Shown here piece after piece: positions 1 to 11,129 of a stretch of DNA of 64,000 bases. The stretch's first letter is position 1, and the number at the start of each line of letters is the position of its first letter. A model generated the notes under the pieces. The model did not search any database, was not told the origin of the DNA, and saw nothing but the letters and a program-made list of their open reading frames with translations. The stretch is from Geosiphon pyriformis uo1 (lineage: Eukaryota > Fungi > Glomeromycota): the NCBI GenBank assembly GCA_016748015.1, contig JAAOMT010000128.1, positions 1,805,538-1,869,537 on the forward strand, in the 5' to 3' direction. Position numbers and translations under genes: made by a program.

Positions 1-3
1 TAG

Positions 4-759
4 TACCTTGGAATCTGGACATTGGTGGAAGGAGCATGCGTATTGTCTGGCATTACTTTTAATGGCTACAATGATCATGGTCATGCCGAATGGAACGGCT
101 TGGCTAATGTCGTGAAGGCAAGTGGTAAATTTAATGCCTCTTGAATTACTTTTTTATTCACTTTCTCTTTCATATCGATCGCTTAGCATCGGTTTGAATT
201 CGCCACAACGTTTACTGAGATCATTGGCTCTTTTAACACAAACACCAATCTATGGAGTAAACTCTATATTTTCAAACGTCTTATCTTTCTCAACAACAAA
301 AACATTTCGTCCATTGCGACGTTATTTTTCCTTGCTATTTGGCATGGAATTCACCCCGGTTATTTTATGACTTTTTTCCTCGAATTCCTCGATGTCGAAA
401 CTGAGAAGCGATGGTCGAAACGTCTGACACCATACACGACACCAATATATGACGAGAAAAATAAGTCAAATCTGATTATAAAACTTGTGAAGAGGTTGCA
501 CCTATTCTTTTGCTGGCTGGGACAAACAAGTGGATTACATTACGCGATGGTCTCATTCGAGATTTTGAAATGGAATAATGTGATAACCGCATGGCAAAAT
601 GTATATTATTGCGGTCATATTGTTGTTTTTACTTTATTGTTTTTGGACATAATACTCCCAAGACAAAGTGGAAAGAAGATCAAGGTGAAAAGGCAGACGG
701 ATGATGAAGTTAACGGGTTGAGAGAAACAAAGTTGAATGGAACCATCGATAGAGAATGA
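4..759 (+). CDS. MBOAT-family lysophospholipid acyltransferase, LPCAT3/MBOAT5-like; 3' part only (exons 4-117, 187-759)
   Basis: Spliced translation YLGIWTLVEGACVLSGITFNG...WNGLANVVK|HRFEFATTFTEIIGSFNTNTNLWSKLYIFKRL...LAIWHGIHPGYF has the MBOAT catalytic His (WHG) and the FNxNTN motif typical of LPCAT3. The 5' end lies outside the window. Confidence 0.88.
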
Positions 760-1345
760 ATATTTTGATTTCAAGGGTAAGGATAAAGATCGTTCTTGTA
801 AATTAAAATTTCAAACCGAAATGAAATCGGGGTTCAAATATGTATAATTGAAAACGAAATAAAATTCATTGTAATATGCTTTTATTGAATGTAAATTTTA
901 TTCACAATACAATTATGGAAAATGACAAGTCTTTCTACTGTTATCCATTTAAATTATTTTTTAAAAGTTTGATATTTATTTTATGTATTAATTGCAGTAA
1001 TTTTAATTTAATATATATAGTAATGGATTTTTTATTTATGTATTTGTTCTATTATTATTATGTTTCCTTCAAAAAGTTTGACAGCATATTTACATAAAAA
1101 AACTTTTTTTGGAAAATAAATATTAATATTATCTTATTTTCTTACTTTTGAATATATTTTATAATTAATGTTTGTTATAATAAAATTCCATCAAATTTAT
1201 TTTTTGGTAAATACATATATAATTTTCGCAAGAACACTGGATTAAAGCCGCCGATCCTTTCAGGCTTGCCCAGAATTAGATTCAAATGAATAGAATTTAT
1301 GTCTCGAAAAAGTTGAATGCACATTCTCTAGCATTGAATCCTACA

Positions 1346-3100
1346 ATGTATCTCTGGAGAAATGTCGTCGCTATTGGGTTCAAACCTTTCGGTTTAGCAA
1401 AAGTATTTTCAGATGGGTTTCTTTAGGCATGTTTACATGCCGGTAGAGAATTCATTAGGATCTTAGTTTGTAAACCCTTCTGAACCTTTCGCAGCCTTTT
1501 GTAGGCCCAAGAAGGTTTGCGTCCACCCAACCCCTTATCGAGAGTTTTAATGGGAAAAAGAACGCAAACGTAAGTTGAGTATGCGAGTTGCTTTGCCTCC
1601 GTGTCAATCTCACAATCTACTTCCATTTTTAGGGTAATTATACAGTCACTCTCATTGCAGGTGACGGCATCGGCCCTGAGATCTCAGAATCGGTTAAGAG
1701 AATATATAAAGCGGCCATGGTATGCTTTCCTAAGTTTTTGAAAACCACAATCCTTATTAATAACCAAAGCTAGATGAAAATTCAATGATTCATCTTGGAT
1801 TTTGAACTTTGCTTTATTTTCTAGGTTCCTGTAGAATGGGAACCTGTAAGCGTCACGCCAATACTCATTAGAGGTCGCACCGTCATCCCTGATGAGGCCC
1901 TTCATTCTGTAAAGAAAAACACAGTGGCCTTAAAAGGTATCACTTCCTATATTATAATAAAATGGTTTTGGTTTCACGAATTCCTGGCTTTAATAAATTC
2001 TATTATTAGGGCCTTTGGCTACTCCAATTGGAAAAGGTCACGTTTCACTTAACCTTACCCTTCGTCGTACCTTCAATCTGTTTGCCAATGTGCGTCCTTG
2101 CAAATCAATTCTTGGTTATAAGACTCCTTACGATGATGTAAATACCGTGTTGATTCGGGAGAACACGGAGGGTGAATATTCTGGTATTGAACATACAGTA
2201 AGATAAATCCATTTTTATCTAAAAAAAAATTTCAGGCCAAAAGTTTCTTCTAAAAGCTCATTTTCTTATATTAGGTTGTTGAGGGTGTGGTCCAATCTAT
2301 AAAATTAATCACCAGAGAGGCTTCCGAGAGGTGTGCCCGTTATGCCTTTACCTACGCACAAGATATTGGACGAAAACGTGTCACCGCAGTTCATAAGGCC
2401 AATATTATGTACGATTTAAACATGGGGGTGGCTTTCGTTAGCTAAGCCAATTATTCATTGTTGAACCATATTCATTTTCTTAGGAAATTATCCGATGGAC
2501 TCTTCCTGGAAGTTACCCATGAAGTCTCCAAAGAATTCTCGGACATAAAGTTTGACGATGTATTGCTGGATCGAGCATGTCTCCAGGTAAGTCAAATTTC
2601 AACGATTCATCCTTTTCGCAGTCTTTTAATGAATTATCTCTGGACAGATTGTGCAAGACCCTGCGCTTTATTCAGATACCGTAATGGTTATGCCGAATTT
2701 ATACGGGGATATTTTGTCCGACATGTGCGCTGGTCTAATCGGCGGTCTTGGCTTGACCCCATCGGGGAATATTGGGAGAGATGCTTCGATTTTTGAAGCA
2801 GTTCATGGGACTGCCCCAGACATTGCAGGGAAAGGTAATTTGTTGCAAAATATTTCTCCTTTTGAAGTCGGAGCTCTTATTTTCAACCTTTTTTTGAAAA
2901 TTTCAGACTTGGCCAACCCGACTGCTCTGTTACTCTCTTCAATTATGATGCTTCGCCACATGCGATTGCACAGTTTTGCTGAAAATATTGAATCTGCTGT
3001 ATTAAAGACAATTGCTGAAGGCAAGAACCTTACCCGGGATCTTGGGGGCACGGCATCAAACACTGAGTTTACAAACCAGATCATTAGCAACCTGAAATAG
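1346..3100 (+). CDS. IDH2: Mitochondrial NAD-dependent isocitrate dehydrogenase, catalytic subunit (multi-exon)
   Basis: Exons encode [98 protein letters not shown] and ANPTALLLS. The N-terminus is basic and presequence-like. Introns are GT-AG and the stop is TAG at 3098-3100. Confidence 0.95.
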
Positions 3101-3635
3101 AATTTTATTATAATTTGAATTATTTAAATTAATATAATGTCATTCTCCAATTTTCATCTGGGGCAAATAAAAATCACGCATAATAATCGTTGCACAATAT
3201 ATTGGGCATTTGTCAAGTCAAAAATTGACAACTGTCAGGTAAATGAAGGATTGACACCACATGTGGGACTAGAGAAGTTAAAACAATACAATCATTCACA
3301 GGTGACTTTCTGCAAGATTTAGGGAAATCTGCTCATAAGTAACTCTACTTTGATGCGGCTCATGTCCCTAGACTTCTTTAAAAGTCGTGGAAACATGGAA
3401 GCTTCACCTTTAGTGTGTTTTTGCCAATTACTAAACCAATTTTGTGATGGCCCAAGCTTGCTTACAGGATGGATCATGTGCGATTGATTTTTCTGAACCA
3501 GCCAATGCAATTATCCCATATCAGAAATTACTACCCGACAAGTCTCATTCCTCGTCTGTAACCGTGCTTGAAGAAACAAACAGCATTCCATTGTCCTATC
3601 AAGATTTTTTTCGGCGAAAACTTTTAACTATCAAA

Positions 3636-5083
3636 ATGGTGAGCACTGTGAATATATTTTGGCAACTATTAACTCTCTCACTTCGGTCAAATAAAAAAAA
3701 AGAGCAACAAGATGCTTCAATAAGCTCCATTTTAAGTTACCTTCCCTTTTTTGCACTCACCAGGGTGACCAGCTTGAGTCACTTGATTGCGCTTTGGACC
3801 TTATGCGCCGACTTCCACCTCATAAAACTGAAGAAAATCTAACAAGGCTGCTGGGACTCGTTCCTAATCTTCAAGATGAGCTTTTGAATTCAGTAGATCA
3901 ACCATTAAAAGTTCAAAAGTGTAAAAAGACGGGTAAGGATTACTTAGTCTGCGAGTTCAATAGAGATGGTGACGCGTGTAGGTAAAAATTCTGTATTTTT
4001 TCTTGTGACTTGCTTCGTGTTTTAGATTGGACAAGTTTATTTCTGTGAGATCAGTGGTAAATTTTATTCTTTGCCACTCCTACCCATTGGAATTTTGTAT
4101 CGAGGCCTAAATAAACAAAAGATATAATTGGTATCTAAAAAAATTTAGAGCCTGTAGGAAGACTTTCCATTCATTAAGTAAATCTTTGTTTCTTTAGATC
4201 TCCATGGTCAAATGAATATGATCCACCAATATCAGAGGGAAATTATCCCCCACCCCATGTACGAAAATTGGAAGAAACCGCTAACTTTGCATTCGATACA
4301 TATCGTGAAATGTAAGTTATATATTTTCAAATCGCTTTTGTTAGTAGGATTTAATATTCAACTAATTTTGACGTTTTTGGAATGATTATAGGTATTATGA
4401 GGGTGGTGTTTCGTCCGCGTATTTTTGGAAGGATAAAGAAGATGTATTAGCCGGCGCAATCCTCTTCAGAAAAGGTGACTATGTGAGACTCGAATCTTTG
4501 AAAAACTACGAAAATTTTAAAATCGAAGGATTTTGGATACTAACTATTATTTGATCATGATCTCAATGAAATGGACCGTTCAATATCTAGTGGATGAGGG
4601 AGGGGATAAACGAAAGACAAAAGGTGCTTGGGATTCAATTCACGTGTTTAGGGCCGGAGAGAGAAACCGCATTGCCCACTATAAATTGACATCAACTGTG
4701 ATTTTGTACACGATTACAAACAAGCCTGAACTTGGGCATCTGAATTTATCAGGAAGCATGATGCGTCAGGTGAAAATAAAAACTCTATTCTCACTTTTTC
4801 GAAGATCTCGATAAGCATCAATATTAAAATCTATACATATTCCAATACTCAGTTTGAAATTGACTATCCAATTGAAGAACCCCAAGCTCACATTTCCAAT
4901 ATTGGCCGGATAATAGAAGATATGGAATTAAAGATGCGAAATTTACTTCAAGAGGTATATTTTGGAAAAACCAAAGATATTGTGAATGATCTACGTTCTA
5001 TTGACTCAATTATTGAAGCTAAAAAGCAAGACAAGATTCGAAAAGAGCTGGTCGGTAAGTTGATGGAACGTCAGTCATCTTAA
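3636..5083 (+). CDS. CAP2: F-actin capping protein beta subunit (first coding exon is ATG only)
   Basis: M|[119 protein letters not shown]. Stop TAA at 5081-5083. Confidence 0.95.
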
Positions 5084-5600
5084 AAGTATTAACAATTTCT
5101 AGATCTTGAATACTTGTTATATTATCACAATTATGGATGTAAAAAAAATCTTCCATGGAAATAAGAACAGATTAAACAATTATGATGTACCAAGCCTAGT
5201 CACATCCATAAATATGGCTAATTTTAAAAGAATAGAATTCAAGATTTTATCAAAATTATTAATGTAATAATTATTTTATTTTCAATGTAATAATAAAACT
5301 TCTAATTGGTGTTTTACACGTGAATCTAACAGATTTATAGCAGCGCTTGTCGGCTGATCTGACATTTAGTCGGTAAACTTTCCTGTAGGCCAGAATCAAA
5401 CTTTTTTTTGTGTATGGTTTGGGCTCATTACATTTAAATCACCAAGATCATAACAGACCACGGATTTTGTTCCTCTCATTAACATTGACCAAACGTGTTA
5501 CCAGAAGGTACTAATATAAAGTTCCCATAAATGCCACGACACGTAGGGAAAAGAGTATGTTTACGAGAAATATTAAACAAAAGATGAAGAGGTTAAAGTC

Positions 5601-5756
5601 AAGCTGTGCACTCTTAGTCGATCAATTATGAACTCTTAGTTCGTGCCTACTCTTTCTTGGCAGAAGCTATGCAACTTAGTTGCTTTGGTTATGAACTCTT
5701 AGTTCCTGCAAAGCCATACAACCCTTAGTTGTTCGGTGATGAACTCTTAGTTCGTC
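5601..5756. repeat. Three degenerate ~46-bp direct repeats with invariant core ATGAACTCTTAGTTC
   Basis: Copies start at ~5601, ~5664 and ~5711, each reading AAGC..CTTAGT..ATGAACTCTTAGTTC. Confidence 0.85.
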
Positions 5757-6408
5757 ATTCTTCCCTCAAATCGATACTGATATGGTGCATCTAAGTTTTA
5801 ATTTGAGAACTTTGCTAATTCTATTATTTTTCCTGGGAACCCAAGAGTTTGGGGGCACACTGGAGAGAAATTTAATGCTAATTGCTTGGCGCCTACTTTC
5901 AAAAGTGGACTAAAATCTGTAATGGTTTAGGGGTGTTTCGCGGGGGGATTAAACGAACCATTAGTATTATCAAATGAATAAAAAAATTGTTGCAAAAATA
6001 AATGCCAAATGCTTACCTTGAAATCTTAAAACTTATTATCACTCGGAACGCGGGAAAATAGACAAATGGTTAACAGAAAATAAAATTACCACATCAACTG
6101 GGTGACGAATTCCCCAGACGTGAATCTAATTGGAAGCACAATATACAAAAAAATGAAGTCTCGGAAATCTAGTCGAACTTGAGGAATGGGAAAAATTCGA
6201 TGCCAAGGAGTATTAAAGCCAAATGGAGGCGCGACAAAGTATAATTAGATATAATTTTTTATTTGGTATTAAAATTGTTAAAAATAAAAATAAATTTAGT
6301 GATTGAATACGATAGTTTTGTCCATCCATAAAATTTGAGTGGCTTACCCATCCAAGAATCTGAGCTAGGCATATATATCTTGAGAGGAAGACAAAAATCG
6401 TTCTGATA

Positions 6409-9400
6409 ATGTCGCACTTGGAGAACACTAATTCTACCCTCAATGTCTCTACCTTGAGGGAGTTGGCGAGAAAAGAGTTAACAAACGTACTAGATTCTGT
6501 AAGAAAAGAATCTCTTCCATTTACACCCTTATAGTTCTCATAAAGGCCCAGAATGAGTCTGCCTTTCTCCAAGAAAAGTTTCTTGATTCCGCTTCATTCC
6601 ATCCACTTTAAAGGTACGGGGAAGGAAATGTTTAGTATTGGATTCAAAAATTAGTGGCCCACTTGGCTTAGTGGCAGAATTCTCTTTGTTGAAGGTAAAT
6701 AATGTCTTCAACTTCCATTTCTAATTATTACTGAAAAGTAACTAAATACATTATTTGCAGGATCATGGCGTTGAAAAAATGCATCATCTCCAGCAAGGCC
6801 CGTTGGAAACTGAACTTCGTAGCGTGATCTATATTTGTCGCCCATCGCTAACCTACATGAGATATATTGCGGGTAGGAACAAACTATTACAAAGTTTCTG
6901 GATCAAAATCATTTTATTAAAAACCCAATAACCCATTCTCGCTTTACAGAACAGATTCGCATACATCAATCTGAGCTTTCTAACCCCACAAATGTGAATC
7001 CTCAAAAATATGAATACAATCTTTTCTTTGTTCCTCGACGCGCCAAGATATGTGAGAGGGTTCTAGAAGAAGAAGGAGTTTATGGTGATATCCTTGGCTC
7101 GAACATGAATTATGATGGATCAGGTGAAATTAACCACCTCTTCCGATTTTCTTATCGATTCCCTCTTTTTATTGGTGGCTTCCTTGACTAACATCTTTAC
7201 AGATCACCCTCGGAGAATATCACCTTGATCTAATCCCATTCGAAGACGATTTGTTATCATTGGAATTGGAAAACACATATAAGGAACTTTACTTGGTACT
7301 CTATCAAAATTAAGAGTGATGAGGAATAATCCTGGCAAGAAAATAACTGTAATATTTATATACAATCTGCTTTTTGAATTAGGACGGTGATTATACTGCA
7401 ATTTATTACGCTGCTCAAGCCTTAATGAGGTTGCAATCGTTATTTGGATTATTTCCGCGAGTCATCGGGAAAGGTGATTGTGCCAAGGTAATTCATCTTG
7501 TATTTTAGGTGATTTTAATACTATATATAAACTAAGAAGTTTTCTCCGTTTTATTATTAGCATCTTGCTGATATGCTTCTTCGGATGCGAAAAGAAGTTG
7601 CTATAGATGATCCTATCTCGATGCATTCAATGTCACAAAACATTGAATCTCTTATTATTATTGATCGATCAGTCGATTTAATAACACCCTTATGCACGCA
7701 ATTAACCTACGAGGGGCTTGTAGACGAAGTTTTTGGTATACGACATTCCTTTGTAGAAGTTGATTCGACTATAGTGGGTCCTCCTCCCCAAAGAGCTGCT
7801 AGTGCTTCAGCAACATCTGTATCAACATCTACCACATCAGTTCAGCCTCCACCCCAGTCGGCGATTAAGAAAAAAAAATTTCACTTAAATTCAGGAGATA
7901 AATTGTTTGCGCAGCTTAGAGACATGAATTTCGCAGTAGTAGGTGGAGTGTTGAACAGAGTGGCAAAAAGACTTAATGAGGATTATGAAGTAAGATTAAT
8001 TCTTGAATTTCGTATATGCATTAGCCCATCATGTGTACCCATGCTTTGTTTTTAATTAGGCGAGACATCAAGCCAAGACAGTAGCTCAGATACGTGAATT
8101 TGTTAACAAGATGGGAGGATTGCAGTCTGAGCATCAATCCCTGAGAACACGTATCTTTTTCTGTCAAAATAATTTATTACATCCTACATATGCAACATCT
8201 TTAACAACATGACAGATACAGGGATAGCGGAAGAGATCACGGCTCATACTGTCACACCCGAATTCAACAAAGCACTTGAAGTTCAACAAAGTATGCTTTG
8301 GTGATCTTGAACATACTTTTATTGAGTTTAAGTATTTATATAAAAATTACATAAGCATATCTTGAATTGTGAACATCTTAATACGTAGATCTCGTTGCTG
8401 GAATTGATATAATAACTCAAAATGACTATATCGAAGAGATGATCGATCGTCAATTGCCTTTAGTCCAAGTTCTCAGACTATTATGTCTGCAGAGTTTGGT
8501 AAATGGTGGATTGAGACAAAAGAGCTTTGAGTTTTTTAAAAAAGAAATTTTACAGGTATTTTAATTTTCCAATTGTTAATGAAATTTCCAAAACCAAAAT
8601 TTGTGTATGAGAGGATCCAAAACCCTAAAACAAAGATGCTAAATTGCTTTATCTCATTGGACCTGAACGCAAATCCTTTTTTGCGTTGGGGGCTCTTCTG
8701 CTCATGAAACAAAGCCTTTATGACTAACGCCAAAAAGATCGCACTGTTACCGATTGATTGGGTTATCCGAGCATCGTCATCATATTTACTCGGGTTTTTC
8801 TTGATCTTTTTTTTAGACTTATGGCTTTGAGCATTTGCAAAGCCTCTTGAATTTAGAGCGGCTTAACCTTTTCATCAAACAAGTTTCCACACGAAATTCA
8901 TACCCTTCAATTAGAAAAGCCTTAAGGTTAATCGTAGATGAAGTAGATGAACAAAACCCCCAGGACATAGCTTATGTTTACTCTGGATATGCTCCGTTGA
9001 GTGTACGCCTGGTGCAATGTATCATAAAGGGTCCCAATGTTGTGGTTAATAATCCTTTGACCGCAATTGGCACCAGCTTTACGAATGCTGGAAGCTCATT
9101 AGGCTTATTGAGAAATAATGGATGGAAAGGGTATGAGGAGATCCTGAGACTTCTACCCGGAAAAACATTTGATGAAGTTCAAAGACTAGAAGATGGTGCT
9201 GTTCGGGCAAAGAGTGAGTGGATAATTTATCTTTCCTGTAATTCAAACAATGAATATGTGCGGTTAATTATTAATGTCTTTGCTGATCTTTTTTTCATTA
9301 CAATATTTGACAGGATTATTACCCGGACAACAACCACGGGTCACCATTATATTTTTCTTGGGTGGATGTACCTACACTGAAGTTGCGGCTATTCGGCATT

Positions 9401-9608
9401 TAGCACAACATGAAGAAGGTTTATCTCAATTTCTTTCAGGCTAATCTTTGATTATAATAGCTTTCTATTGATGAATGTTGATTTATTGCTACAAATAGGC
9501 CATCGGGAATTTATTATTGCCACTACCCAGCTCATCAACGGAAACTCCTTGTTGAATTCCCTGTTACAAAAAGTGGACCATGATGGCCACAGTAATATAG
9601 TTATTTGA
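6409..9608 (+). CDS. VPS33: Vacuolar protein sorting 33 (Sec1/Munc18 family; HOPS/CORVET subunit), multi-exon
   Basis: [131 protein letters not shown]. Stop TGA at 9606-9608. Confidence 0.95.
7088..7200 (+). other. U12-type (minor spliceosome) AT-AC intron in VPS33
   Basis: 5' end ATATCCTT, branch site TTCCTTGAC at 7180-7188, 3' end ...TTTAC. This splice restores [21 protein letters not shown], whereas the neighbouring GT(7085)-AG(7202) pair is out of frame. Confidence 0.9.
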
Positions 9609-11129
9609 ATGGTTTGCTTTCTTTTTAGAGTTGAGGCTCAACACAATCAGTCGCTCCTTTTCATCTGTAATTAATTTATCACAATATCTAAAAAAGAAAT
9701 TTATCTGCCATTCAATTTTGTAAATTAAAGAAGTTGAAAGATGTGTAAAATAAATTTTACAAATTGAACATTTATTTTATACATATATCAAAATAATTTT
9801 TTTTAACACTTAATTATTAATTAAAAAAATCTGAATTATTGAAATTTAAAATCAAAATACCCTTTTTTTTGGTTTTGTTAATAATTTTAATACTTAAGAG
9901 GTTTTTTTAAAGACAATTAAACAGCACTTTTGTTAAATAATAAGAATACAAAACAGTTTTTAAGTGTTAAAAAAATACTTTTTAACTTAAAGGTTTTTTT
10001 AAGCAATTGATTAAAACCAGTTTTAATGTAATTGTTATTATAAAAATTTAAAAAACTTTTAACAACAATTCTTTTATATTTGTTTAAATAGCCAAAAAAA
10101 CCAAATAAGCAAAAAAACAATTTTTTTTTAAAAACATTAAAATAAAACAAATTATGTTTTTATATATAACTTTAAACAATTAACTTATTAAATTATTTAA
10201 TTCTAACAAAATAAAAACTAAAACATTTTTTTTTAAGATTAAAAAAATATTTATTGTTAAAAATTTCTTAAATAAGTAGTTTTTATTTTAATATTATTAA
10301 AATTTTTTATTATTATGCTATTACAAAATATAGTCTAATTATTAGCTTTAATACAAAATATTAAATTTTTTAAGAAATTATAACTTAAATATTTAATTAC
10401 ATATAATTAATTACTTAAACTAATTAAAACTATATTATATAATATTTATAATAATATTTAGCTTATTATCAAAATCAGCTATATTAAAAAAAAAAAAATT
10501 TCAATCATAATTTTATATAAAACAAATAACTTAACATATATAAATTCAAACCAAATAAACAAAAATCATGCAAAATAAAAATATTAAATCTTGTTTTTAC
10601 TACTAACTATAATATTTATAAATAAAAAAAAATATTTTTTTACTTAATATATAATTAAGTTTTAGACAACCAAACTAATTTATAATAAACATTAATAAAA
10701 AATAATTAAAATTCAAACAAATTTTATATACTATGTTAAATATTATACTTTTTATTAAGTTAATAAAATATTTATTAACCAAAATTAATTTGTTTAAATT
10801 TTGTAAAATAATAAAATTTATTATTAAAAGACCAAAAAAATTTATCATTAAAAAAAACAATATTTAAGTCTGACTAATATGAAAAAAACTATTATTGTCA
10901 ACAATTAAGATAATATTAAAGCTTTTTAAACAATTTTATATATTTTTAAAAATACAATAAATTTATAATATTGAAGTTTTATTATTAAGTTTGCTTTATT
11001 TAATAATTTTAAGACTGTATTTTTTTAATATTTTACTAATTACAATAATATTATTTAATTACAAAAATATTTTACTACAATTAAATAACTTTTTTTTCTC
11101 TTTTATTCCAAATTTCCAAAAAAGTCAAT

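Noticed and set aside
5736-5780. GTGATGA...CTGA resembling a C/D-box snoRNA
   Set aside because: Only ~45 nt span the boxes, there is no clear terminal stem, and the C-like box is part of the tandem repeat unit.
6213-6572. 119-aa minus-strand ORF and similar antisense ORFs over IDH2, the SDR and the BTB gene
   Set aside because: They are antisense shadows of well-supported genes with no recognisable motifs.
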